NCBI GenBank assembly: GCA_012026655.1 | Contig: JAAILG010001963.1 | Coordinates: 1-59,461, forward strand | DNA from: Hydrolagus affinis | Lineage: Eukaryota | DNA: 59,461 bases | Direction: 5' to 3' | Part shown: in pieces, positions 12,310 through 24,905 of the stretch | How the letters are laid out: every line of letters begins with the position of its first letter | Numbering within the stretch: the stretch's first letter is position 1 | Made by a program: the position numbers and the translations under genes | The notes under the pieces: generated by a model | What the model saw: only the letters and a program-made list of their open reading frames with translations | Database searches by the model: none | What the model was told of the DNA's origin: nothing

Positions 12310-13620
12310 AAAGAGAAAATGTGGGGAGAAAAATGTCTCAGTGCCTAATTTAAAATTGGTGGCATTTCTTAAACTGCACCAAACAGGGGAAAATCAGTTA
12401 TTGTAAATGTAAATATACATTTCACCGTTATGGTGTGATGGGAAAGTAACTTTTTTAATTTACTTAATATGTGCCCATTTCAACCCATCCCAAAAATATG
12501 AATGACTATTTTTGAAGTGATTTTCAGTTTTAGATGTATCCTTTCCAATGTAGGTTCTTACGGTCCTTGTTACTGGCTGAGAAACATAGAATTAGCTCAA
12601 ATCGAACTTTGAAATTGGAGCTTTAAAAATCACAGCAGGTAGTCAAACACATTCTCTGTTTATTATTCAGCCATCGCATGTTACAGTACGATTATTTTGT
12701 ACAAGGCTGGTTGCACAAACAGTGGGACTCTAGTAAGGCTACAAAACCGTAATTAAATTAAATTGTTGCTACCAAAGAATGTTAAAAGTTATAGTTTTTA
12801 AAAAAAAAGTTTAAAAGTTCTAAGCAGAAGCCTAAATTTTCAAACCATAGTACAACAGGTTAGATAACAGTGTCAAATTGATAAATTACACGACAGATGC
12901 ATCTTGGAAGTGGTTAAGAGTGCCACGTTTGTACTGTAAACCCCTAAAGCTGAATGCATATACTCTGTACATGTTTGGCATGTGTTTTCTTGCACCTACA
13001 GTGTTTCCATAGATTGTTTTATGAGATTATCAAATTGAGAATTTTTTTATCGCACTTTGTATAAGTTTTCTCTTGAGACAAACTGCCTACACAAATTTAT
13101 TTGAGTTATTTTAATTCAGTCTTATTGGGCTGTTGCTTATACACAAAGGGCTCTTTTATATAATACACAACATTGCATTAAACAACACATTTGTTTCCAA
13201 GATATTAAACAATATTTTCAACCTGGTGCTCTTGGAATATAAGTGTTGCGGATGTTCTCAGTATTTTAATTGAATCAGAAGTCATAACTAGCAACCTGTA
13301 GAATCTGACATTTCTTTGTGTTCATTTTAAATTCACATACATACCCTCAAAAAACTTTTTTTCTATTTTTGTTTCAATCATAATGCTCATTTCTGTTATC
13401 TTTTCAGCCTGTTTGAATATTTTCATTTGACAGCTTGTGGTCTAAGTGAATGGCAGGGAAATGTGGCAAGCTATTGTGCTTTTAAAGTTTAATGTTTTAA
13501 TTTGGGGGGAGGGCGCTGGGGGGTGTTAATAAAACATTAAATTACCCAAATCTATGCATTGCCCCCTTTCCCCTCCTTATCAAATTATAATTCCTAATGA
13601 GGATTTCTTTAGATAATAAA
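12310..13620 (+). other. Putative 3' UTR of the long isoform with candidate polyadenylation signals
   Basis: AU-rich and repeat-poor. ATTAAA at 13177 and 13204, AATAAA at 13528 and 13615. The true end is unknown. Confidence 0.5.
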
Positions 13621-15244
13621 GTTTTACAACAAATTCTAGATTTATACTTTTTAAAGTATTTTTTCATACCTCATCATTTTCAGACTTACTCCAGAACTAG
13701 CACATTTAGGACTACCTTCAGTCTGTATGGATGGGAGGAAGCTCAGGCAGGTTTAAGTCTGACTCAATGTATTATTGGAGCTGTCATTAGATTGAAACCA
13801 TGGGCAGGTTCAGCCAGATGAGTTTCAGCCAGGATTAAGGGAAAAGGGTAGTTATGGAGGGAAGCCTTGTGATAATGGAGTTTGTTAATAATTAGGTATA
13901 ACTGGATCTTCAGTGAATATTTGAGATGCAACAATTACAACTTATTTGATACAATCTTTACGTACCTATATAGCTATGCCTGGATATCCGAGAGAGTTGA
14001 ATTTGATTTCCTATTACATTATAAACCTTCTTGGATATTCCTGAAATTAATTTGCACGTTGATAACTAGTAAATGATCAGTTATCATAAGCCGAAGATGG
14101 GTGAGATGAATGGAATAACATAAGTAACAAATGATCTGTAAACTATTTTAAAGATCTATGTCATTAGTGGCCTAACCATTTTAGATGACCTAAAAAATGA
14201 TCATAGAAATAACAAAGCAGCATAGATTCATATCATAAATTGAGAAATATTCAATAAGAAAATTTATTTTGCTGGTCACCACTGGTCATTGTGGTGCCTA
14301 GTTGTATTTATAGTTACAGTCCAAACTAGCAAGAGTCTTCAGTTCTCTGTCCCAAGATTGCATCTTAACTCCGATCTCCACATAAGAGTACCTTTGCATA
14401 ATCAGATCTCGTTTAGACTGACAGTCATACTTACCGTCACCAACGAAAGAATTGGGACTTTTTTCACATGGATTTGAATTCTGGTCCCAGTAAGGAAGAT
14501 GAAGTATACATAACCCTTTGTGTCATTCAGGCACCTTCAATGTTTATATTTCCAATACCACTTATTCTCATTAAAAGGTCATTTTGCTCACTCTTGTTAT
14601 CCTTCCCCCACTCAGAATCGGATTGAGTTTCTAAACACTTGAAGGTCTATATAGTGCTGAGTTACATTTGTCCTTGACTGATATAAACAAACAAGCGAGC
14701 ATCTCAGCTCTTTGTCAAGGACTCTTGCAAGAAGCAGAAGAAACACTTTTTGTAGTCTGCTTGTATGTTACCAAAGGCCAAGAGATGAAAGAGAACTTGT
14801 CCTACAAATGAAAGGAAGCTGAATTCCGACTCGACTTAATTGCTTTGATTCTCTAAAAGCCACAAATGAGTCACGGACGGTTGTCCAAACCAGTCTTCCA
14901 TAAAATCAAACCTTCAAATATGTGGATGCCAAATGTGGGGGTGGGGGAGGGAAAGCAAGAAAATACTGTTTTGTAAATGTGTAGGTTTTCTCCTGACACA
15001 TTTTCAAGCAAATTATTGCAAGTGCCATAAATTGCTGACTTGCCTTCTAATTGCTCTCTTGAGTTTGGCTGATTCTTTTGGAAATAGACACAACTCTGTA
15101 GTCCAGAGTGTATTTGTGGCTTCTATCTACAAGAGAGATTAAAATCTACCAAGCAATTTTTTTCTTATTTAGGGTCTGAAGACGATTTTTTTTCATAATC
15201 ATTGTACATACAATAAGGTGCACTTTAAATCCTTGGCTGATCAG

Positions 15245-15420
15245 AATGTCTTAGCTGGCTCCTTCTGTTCCAGTAAGCAATGCATGGACAAGTTGTGCAT
15301 TCTACATGATTGTAAGATGCAATGAGGTTTGGGTAAACTCTCTTACATTTCTCTCATTTACTTCTGGAAGGCCTTTGATTCAAACCTTCATGCTACCCTT
15401 GAAAAGAAGCTGGATGCATG
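15245..15420 (+). mobile_element. Degenerate non-LTR reverse transcriptase fragment (RTE-like)
   Basis: YFWKAFDSNLHATLEKKLDA matches the RT motif DF.KAFD..H..L..KL. It is preceded by a decayed AGF...C.D....L segment. Confidence 0.55.
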
Positions 15421-18400
15421 ATTGAATCCTGGATTTCAATTAATTGTGCACTGCAGTCTCAAGATCCTTGTAAGTCATCAAATCCTCAGCAAGCTCTCCG
15501 GGACGCTACCCTGCCTGAAGGGCAATATATATAATTGCAAGTTGTTGTTGTTGTTATCCTCAAAAGAAGAGTGATACAAGATTGCTCATGATTACCCATT
15601 CTACTTGATGCCTTCGTCACTGGTTTTTGTGGGTACAAAAGAAGGGCAGTTAGTTACAGATGAGTCTGACGGAATTATGGGACTGCTTGTTGTTGCTCGT
15701 GTCTTGTTGGAAGATCTTTACGGGCTTGGGACAATGAGACAACTGGTAAGGTATCTCCCACCTCAAGTGTCACACATTACAAAGTAGAAAATGCAAAGGT
15801 GCCAGATCCTGCTGTTGAATTGTATTGATATCTAGGGGTGGATATCAATTTAAGATCGGAAGCAATTTCCTGGAACTACAATAAAGATAAAGTTTCTCTA
15901 CTCAATTCAAGCAAAAGATGTGTCCAAACAATTCTTTAAAGAGTAGTAAATAACAACTGAGGAAGTATCATACTTCCAACTGTGGGTTATTGCTATATTT
16001 GGGAGAATGGTGCCAATGTACCATACTTTACAGTGAGTGGTGCTCATCATACCACAGGGTTGAAATTCCTAGGAATTCATATCCACCAAGCAAGAGCTTA
16101 AGACAGTTGTGACCAACTTGTAACTATCTTACTTGGGGATGGAGGTAAGTCTGATCTCTTGAGAATCATTGTGTCTGATGAAGAAAAGTGAAGCCAAATC
16201 AACTTTCCTTGGCAAACTCTGTGAACTGATACCTGACGTAAGTCGGACGGTGTAATTCTGAGATTGTCCATCCTAATCGGTTCATCAATGATTCTTGGAG
16301 GGGAAGGATATGTTGCTGAGAGCAATGATTTTTCCTACTTTGCACCTGATAAATCTGCAATCTGATATATCTGATTAGATAGTGTTCCTGGATGGACATG
16401 TACTAGATAGAAGTCACCATTGGTTTGATGGTGTGTGATGTTAGCTTCTTAAATTCCAATTTGGCACTTTAGGTTTCCTTATACTGATAAACACCTACAT
16501 TCTTCAGGCATAAAAAGCAGAGGCTATCCTCTCCAGGTAGTGTGTGTGCTCCAGGATTGGCAAACCACCAAATAGGAAACATCACAGTAATAACCTTTCC
16601 AGACTAAATATTTCAATATACAGTAATTATTTTTAACATAGAATCTGGTTTTAATTCTGTTCAATTGATATTACCAAAATAAGTAATTATTTGACTGGGA
16701 TCATAGTTGATAAATACACATTGAAAAACAACTTACAAGTGCACAATAATTCATTTTAAATCCTATTTGAAACTTAAATCAATTTAAAATGATTCTACTT
16801 ATACACTTATTGAGTGCTAAAGCGTGTTGTAATCCTAGAAACTTGAACCAATTGAAATCCTGGTGTACTTTGTGCTTAATATGGTTCTCCTCATCCAATT
16901 CAATCATTGATGTACATAAATAATCATCACAGTCCTAATCAGCTGCATGCTGATTTCAACATGTTATTCTACAGTTGTATAATTATAACACACCCCAAGG
17001 GGTAAAAAATGCAACATATGATGTGATAATAATCCTCGTCAAATCATGTTCCAACCAGTCAATAACTAAAGATTGAGCGCAGATGTGTGAACTCTTTGAA
17101 ATCGGAAAGGCAAATTTGTTTTTCCTCATCATGATCGCTTTAAACTCCCATCGTGGTTTTGATACAATCCTAGCTGCACTATTGCTCAATGATGTTGGAA
17201 TCAAACTAGATAGATCTAGCGTATATCCTTCTGTTCATTTAGAAACTATTTTTTGAATTAGGATCCTCTTTTCTGGGAAGAGGTGCAGGGTTTACAGCAG
17301 TTGCCTTCAAAGGTAGAGCAGTTTATGCTTTTATTGATTCACTTTTTTTGGTTTAAGTTTCATCTCTCATACTCTTACTCCTTTTTATCTTTTTGTTTCG
17401 TGCATTCGCCTTGGTTGTGGTTTGGAGAAAATTACCAGTGTTGAATATTTTTGGTGAACTTCTATTCACTGAGCACATGCAGGTGTAAGTCACACACTGG
17501 CACCTCTTTGTAAATCTAACCCTTGGAAAAACAATGACTCATGCTTCGTCTGTTCTGTTTCCTTTACGTGTACCTTTTATGTGAATTGGAGCACAATTCA
17601 ACGCACTTGTTCGAGATTTTGTTGAACGTAAGTTTCTAGAACTGATGGTGCAAATGAAATATGAGTTAATTTTTTATTGGTCAGCTGGATGTTTGATATT
17701 TGCAGAAACCCATCACTGTGCTTACAAATATCCAAACCAAGCTGAGATTTCCACTCATCCCACCTACACGTGGAAATCCCAGAGATGGGTTGTTGGAATG
17801 GAATGCGCACTCTCTCCCTGGAGGAACGCATCCTGCTTATCCTAATTCTGGAAAATATTAGGCGCAGGTTGGCAAGAGCCAAGGCTTGGGGACACCAGAG
17901 TGTGCGTTGGGGTACTGCTGGAGTTTAACCAGCTAAAACTGGTTTCCTCCTGAAAGGAAAAAGCTATGGGGCTACATTTGGAATCTTTACTGATTATCAA
18001 TGAAGCTGCTGTGATTTTTTGCTCGGAATACGAACTCTTTTGACCTTGTTTACATAATTTAGTTACAAATGACCATTCTCATATCTGTTTTCTAGATTAT
18101 AGTAACACTGCTGTAGTTAAAATCTCGATGAAAAGAATTCTTCTCTCTGATATTCTTGTATACTTACAGAACAGATTTTTGAAGTATTAATTTGGTCTTC
18201 CTATATTCCTTACAGATTCAGTGAAGAGTTGCAAGCAATATTTTTGTGTGGGTTTATATGGAACATCAAACAATAATCAAATCGGGTGTCAAATTAATTA
18301 ATTTTCCACTGGAAATAAGAACTCGAATCCCATGTGTGCCGTTATATGCAATTCTGGAACTGGGCATTATTCCAAATAAGCTCCTATTTTATAAGGAAAA

Positions 18401-19132
18401 CACAACAGTGAGAAAAACGTAGTGACTCAATAACCAGAATAGACTTGCAATAATTTACATTAATCAAATTGATCCAGCATTCACAGTCAATTTGAGGGAG
18501 TCATTGCATTCTGGAGAGTTCCCTAACACAATGGCAATAAAATGCAGTTTTCATATTCATGATCAGTGGCAGTCATTCCCGATAAGTAACTCCAGGTGCA
18601 CTTAGAAAACTAATGCAATTATCAAAAATAAAATGGTAGAGTGAAAATGGCCTAATAAATTACAGTTGACACAGCTTTATAAATGTGTTAACTCCCTGAC
18701 CAAACTTCTGGACTGTTTACTGATTTGTAAATATATAATACATCCATCCAGACAAATATAAGGTAGAGTATATTCTCAGTGAACATACATATGTACTCCA
18801 TGGATATTATAGATTGGGGCTGTTATTTAAGTAATTGTTCACTGTATCCAACAAGTTTAGTTAAGATCCCCTGAAATCAAGCCCGGTGTCACCCATCCAT
18901 CTTTATGAAGTGTTGTGAAATGTTCTCCTGTGTGAAAGCTGCCATATAAATGCAAGTTGTTGTTGTCTAGCAACCAGGAGAATGAACACTGGCTGATTTT
19001 CCCTACCAAACCCAGGTCCTCTGTGACCAATTTTAGTGCCACATCCTGAAATCAATTAACTCAAGATAAACCAGGAATCAAACCAGCAACTTCCTGGTCT
19101 GTAATGATTTGGTGGTTTTAGACACAAAACAA

Positions 19133-19260
19133 GACCATTGAGGGCAGCTGAGCAAGTATTTCTTTACAACGAGAGTCATCAATATCTGGAATGAGTTATA
19201 AGGAAGGGTGAGTGAGAACACTGAACACATTTAGAAAAACTTTGCTATTGTAATGTGAAG
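19133..19260 (+). mobile_element. Old CR1 ORF2 C-terminal fragment
   Basis: LSKYFFTTRVINIWNEL resembles the CR1 motif FF.QRV.N.WN.L. Confidence 0.6.
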
Positions 19261-21739
19261 GCTGCAGTGTTGGTATAGTGGAAAGAATGGGAACTGGGTT
19301 GAAGGGCTTTCTTCATCTGAATTGCCTTTTATCCATTCCACATGATAATATAATAAAGAGAATCTACCTTTGTAAGTGCATGTAAGACTTTAGTCAGGAA
19401 GAACCTTTGATGTTATTGATATCCATTTCCCCATTTTTAGTGGAATGCAAAGTCAATGCAGCTAAATCTTTTTATCTTTTGTTCAAGTCACATGTGGATA
19501 ATTCCCCAAGGTTAGATACTGAGGTTAGATGTATTAATGATAGCCAGACGTTGGTTATCATTCATAAACCTTTGTTCAATAATGTTAGTTCTGTCTTTAT
19601 GTTCTAGGGATAATAGTTACATAATACCAAGGGATTGATCACATTGTCCAAACTGGAGTTATCCAATGGATTTTAGCTATCTTGCCAATTCTGCCCTGGG
19701 TATGGGTTAATAGCAATAAAGCCAAACCTTCTGCATTTCACTTTAATCCAAGTTTGTGTGCTTCTCAGTGGCATTTAAGCTGCAAAGCAACAGGTTCACA
19801 GGACTCCTATGATGGAGCTGGTGGGGGGCAGGGTGTTACTCAGCCTGTATCCCATTATGACCCACAATTGCAACAGGCTTTTGCTCAATTAGTCCTCAGA
19901 ATATCAAAGGAAAAAAATTGTTCCTAAATTGCTACCTCTGTTGGTCTTCATTTCATTTTAATGCAGCTGATTCATAATCAGCCTAATTGCTGAGGAAATC
20001 CCTCTCAGATGGAGTTGCATTGCATTTTTTAAAAACAAATCTGGGAAGTGATAGCTTTGCAAAGAATCTTTTAATATTAATTGAATCCATGTTTTATTTA
20101 ATTATGTCAGTGTTACTATAATAGAGGTCAAGCCTTTTTTTCCACAAATGAAATGACAGTGCATGAAGGCATTGAGTACTTTTTCAATATATGATCTATA
20201 TGAAAAGAATTCAGTGTCCAATCACTTAGAACTATATAAAATATATATTCTGTACATATATACTGTACATATATATGCAAGTTTATTAGATTTTATTACT
20301 TTCTACTACCACTTCTTCCTCATTCTCCATTGAGATTTCAGTTAATGCCTGAATCAGACCATCTTGTGATTCAATTGCATCTTTCCCCCTTTCCATTGCC
20401 AAGCTTCACTCCCACGGATACACACAACTACTTTCTTCCAGGTCCAACATATACACCCTTGGCATTAATGCAAAGATGCCTTGTGGTACTTTGATTCATT
20501 TCAGGACAGAAATGTCTCTGAACTAATATTTTGTTCTAAAATGACGGGTGCAATTTTCTTTTTTTTTGACGCTTCCTAACAACAACAACAACAGCAGCAA
20601 CTTGCAGTTATATAACACCTTTCATGTTGGGAGGAGTTTTAAACCCAGCTCCCAGATTTATTGGAAGCTTTTGACTCCCCATCTTCTTAACACTTAATGC
20701 TTTAGGGTTTCTGTTTATGTTTCTGTTGTGAATGTTCACCTTGTCCTATGCTGCTCTGCAATCACAAGGTGGGGAGGATGGGAGCAGTTAAGGATAATAC
20801 ACACAGGGGACCTACCTCTCTGTGTAAGTGAATGCTCGATCAATGCTTGTCATTTTTATTCTCTCCTCCTTTGCACTATGTTCTCCAGCCCTCTGCCAGC
20901 TGCTGGGAATTGCATGAGAGTATTTGGGCTCTGATATTATGTGTGTGGCGGGCAGAAATGCCTGACTTCTGCTCATCATTTTGTCCTAATGGTTGCAAAC
21001 CTGCCATGTGGAAAATCGCCAGCAAATGCTCAATGTCCTGGGGCATTGCGAACTAGTGCTGTAATGGACTGTACCATACCAGCATCACCACAGTTCAATG
21101 TGAGCAGCTTTCTGCACGCAGAGCTTACGTTTTTTCAGTGAGCTCCAAGCCCTTCCTACGAGAATAGGATGATTTATCAGATCTTATATTTAACCAAGCA
21201 GCATTTTTTTTGGGGGGGTTGAAATACATTTGAAATGCAGACCCCTGCTTTTGTTTCTCCATCTGTCGATTGAATGAATGATGAGTTAAAGCACTTCTAA
21301 GTCCAGTATTGTGCATTACATTGCAAAGCAATGACTCCCTGAATCTTCTGGAGTGTTTCTATAATCTATTGGGGTCATAAATTAAAGTATATGTGACCAA
21401 ATATTACTCTGAAACAATATTTCCTTTTGTACGGTGTCTGTCCGGTACCTCAGTAACTGTCGTGTTGTATAATTCTGCAGAAAAAAAAGTTGGCTTTTCT
21501 TTTTATATTTGCTTGATTGATTTCAAAATAAATGTTTCAATGTTTGCATACAATTGGAAATGTTACTCATTTCGCAGTGTTATTGAGGGAGCTGTGTGAG
21601 TGGAGGCCACTGGAGGGTCTGATCTCAAACTGGTGTTCGTTACTGCAAATGTATTTACTGCAAATTGCTGAAAGAGTTTCACATCCAGCTTGAAGAAAAG
21701 TCAACAAAATCCACCCCAGGATTCCTCCTTGATCCCCTC

Positions 21740-22012
21740 CCCATGTCAGTACACTGCACCCATGCCCCTGTCTCGCCCTCTCCATCCAAATATCCCACAT
21801 GAAATCCCCGCTACCTATTCCTTCGATCCTCCCCAACATCACAGATGCCCCATACTTGCTGACAGCTTTCTTCATCTTGCAACACTTATCTCCCTCGCTT
21901 TCAAAACCCCCATCAACACCTTACTCCTCAGAAAACTACTCTTGACCCATTTAAACTCTCCCAACTCCCTACGCATCTCCAACCCTGCCCTTCTTATCCG
22001 ATGCCTTGGAAT
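21740..22012 (+). mobile_element. Degenerate L2 ORF2 (pre-RT) fragment
   Basis: Frameshifted match to MK.TC.LDP...AFKT.I.PLL.K..LDP...N.R.ISNLPFLS..LE (seen: AFKTPINTLLLRK...RISNP). C-rich. Confidence 0.7.
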
Positions 22013-24849
22013 ATGTTTTGACTGGCCAGTGGCTAATCACTCTTTATTCTGCATGTGATAATCTGCTGGATTGACCACCCCCATTCTATCAGGAACGAAG
22101 AGAAACCTGCCAAGAAGCGATTTCCCCCCCGCCCCCAACTAAAGGACTATCCTGTTTCTGAAGAGAATAATCAACATTTCCTTTTAGCCAAACTTCATAA
22201 CCAGAATCTGAGCCAGGAACATCTTTGTTTTTCTTCATGCAAAGTTATAATGAAATGTGCGCTGTTGACCTAATCTCTTTCCCTGTCTGAAACAACTCAA
22301 GCATGTTGTGCCTTTTGATTGCGAGACTATTTTGCTCAGCCACAAAAGCATAAAAATCTCAACGCTTGTGTCATCCATTGCCAAACCATGTGATGGGCTG
22401 AACACCCAACCTAGTCTGGCAGAACTAACTTCTTAGAAGTTGGGACACTGATGAGGAATGGACTATCCTGTTGGGCATTTACTGGAGATGATATCGGAAT
22501 GTGTTGATTTATTAATTGGCAGGAAAATGCTAAGTGCAAGCATTCCAGTAACTCCTACATTTAAAACCCTGGCAATATTTATAAAATGAAATCTTTAATT
22601 GTACAGTGGTGTAGTTTGTTATGAAGACAGATTGCAAACCATAATCTGATAAAACTGAACCGTGAAAGAAGTCAAGATTTGTTTTTCATTTCAGCAATTT
22701 TGAACTTTTACGTTACTGCCAGATCTTGGTCTTCGACATTCCCTGGAATGTCCATTGTATTGCCTCCCAAACGTCCCACAGTATTTGGGCATCAAAATAT
22801 CTGTGATTACTCTGTTACTCTTGCATGACAAATTAGCTGCGTTGTTTGCCTAGAAATATAGTCACTAGACTTTACAGTAAAATCCCTTAAAGTGGATGGA
22901 CATATTTCATTAGTATATTCTTTGTTAGTGTATTCTACTAGGGGTAGTGCAGTGTGCACTTTCCAAACAAAGATTTAGTAAAATGCCTTTGCCTGTAAGT
23001 TTGAGAATTTTTGAGCTCCCAAGTCTCAACACAGGTATAAAATGGTGTTTCATGCAATTTAGACCCCCAAAAGAATCACTGTTACTTTGTGGCACATGTT
23101 TTAAAACCCTACAGAGATGGGCAAACTTAAATAAGCAGATTTGATACAGTGAGAGGGAAAGGGACAAGTTATTCATTGTTTTTGTGGCCAATCAAACTGT
23201 AAATTGCTCTTTCTATTTCAGTATATTCTCAATTTAATTACAGGCATCTATTTTCCAGCAACGTAACACAGAGCGCTGGTTCACACTAAATAATGTTTGT
23301 TGACTACAATTTATTCTGTTTTTTTTAAATAGAAGCATTTAATTAAGTAATAATGACAAACAAAGTAGACATTCATCACATCCTTTCACAAGCCAAGGGC
23401 CTAACTCTGTGCTGGCATGAGCGAATTTTGTTCTTGTGCAGCTCATGATTGTTGGCACAGTTTATATTAGTTGTACTGTACTTTGCTTTTCCCTGAGCAG
23501 CTCAATTGTGCTTCTCGAGGCAGTCAAGTGGCTGCTGTGGTTGATCGGATATCAGCAAGGTGCTGATTTGTAACCATTAAGCTGCTAATTGACACCTGCC
23601 ATTACATGTTTTCTTCCAAAATTGGGCTACACTATTTAAAAACCTATCAATGAAAATATTTTAGAATAATGTGTTTCATGTAGCGACTTATGTCAAAACT
23701 TCTCTTGAATTTACCATAGAGTGCAGTGACTCAATCTTGTGAAAAATGTGACCTTTGATGTGCTAACTATTGAATGTTTGTGGAAAGTTGGTCTCTCATG
23801 AAACGTGATGCCAAACAGCAAAGCAAACAGATGGGCTTCAATAAGAATGACGGAAGATTTGACAGATATTGTACTCCAAACACAAAGCTGTGCAGGGATT
23901 TTACTGTATGACTGTTTGCAGAGGAAGGCTTGCGACCATGAAGGTTTGGTAAGTTTTTAAAACAGTCAACAGGTGGCAGCATGATCTGCATTACTAATAT
24001 TGGGACACTCAGCCATGGACTTAAAAGCTTAGTTATTAAACTGCTGGTGACTTGTCAAAAAAATTGAGGAGCGCTTTAAGTCTGCAAGTAATAATCTGGA
24101 TATTTGTTTTAATTTCAATGCTTAAAGAAGTTTTGAAGGGCAATGGAGAGGGGGAGGGTATTCTATTGAACAAACTGTCATTTCACAGTGCCTTGGGACG
24201 TCCTCCCAACGTGAAAGGCACTCTAGAAATGTGATTTTGTTATTGTGTTGGTGTTGGATGTAAACAAGTGACGTAAATTTGTGACACAAATGACGTCTGT
24301 TGCCTTTAACCGCCACCCCCCTCCCACCAAATGAATTTGCTAAATACATTTTGTAGATGGGTGTCTCTTGGATATAAATGTGTAAATGAATGCCTCTGTG
24401 TTGCTTTCAAAGCCACTGTGTGGTGTAAAAAAAACAGCTTCACAGATCTGAGCAGCTTGTGGTTTTGAACAGGTCTGTGGTCAATTTGTTGATTCAGGAT
24501 GCTTAGTGAATTTTTGATTCCCAATTGGGGCAACACTACGAACACTAGAACTGTCCCTAGTAATGAAAGGAAATATCTGTTACATTTCCAACTCCTGCTT
24601 GCTAGCCAGTAACTGCTGCTGGAAAATGCATGTACATGGATACAAATATGGTGTTGCTATTTGATTCTCTGTCTCTCTCTCTCTTATGCCAGCAATGGTC
24701 ATTGAACAGTGATGCAGGGCCATAACCTCACTGATTGCTTTTCCCTTTCCCCCTTCCTCCGCCCCCCACCAACCCCCTCCCCCCCCACTCCCTGCCATCC
24801 CGAATTCAATAGGCGCGGATGCTAATTTTGATGGCCCAGGATTACCTAC

Positions 24850-24905
24850 CTGAGATCAGGCAACTTGACACAGGCCGGAGATCAGGCCTGGGACTTTGGT
24901 GTGTG
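24850..24905 (-). mobile_element. Ancient SINE head fragment (related pieces near 19045-19100 and 56915-56945)
   Basis: Recurrent degenerate ctgagatcag.caact..gcacaggcc...cctgggac motif, the reverse complement of a B-box-like head. Confidence 0.4.

Noticed and set aside
16983-17204. NSAARIVSK peptide resembling the L2 ORF2 C-terminus
   Set aside because: The match is too short and the expected HITP..LHWLP continuation is absent.
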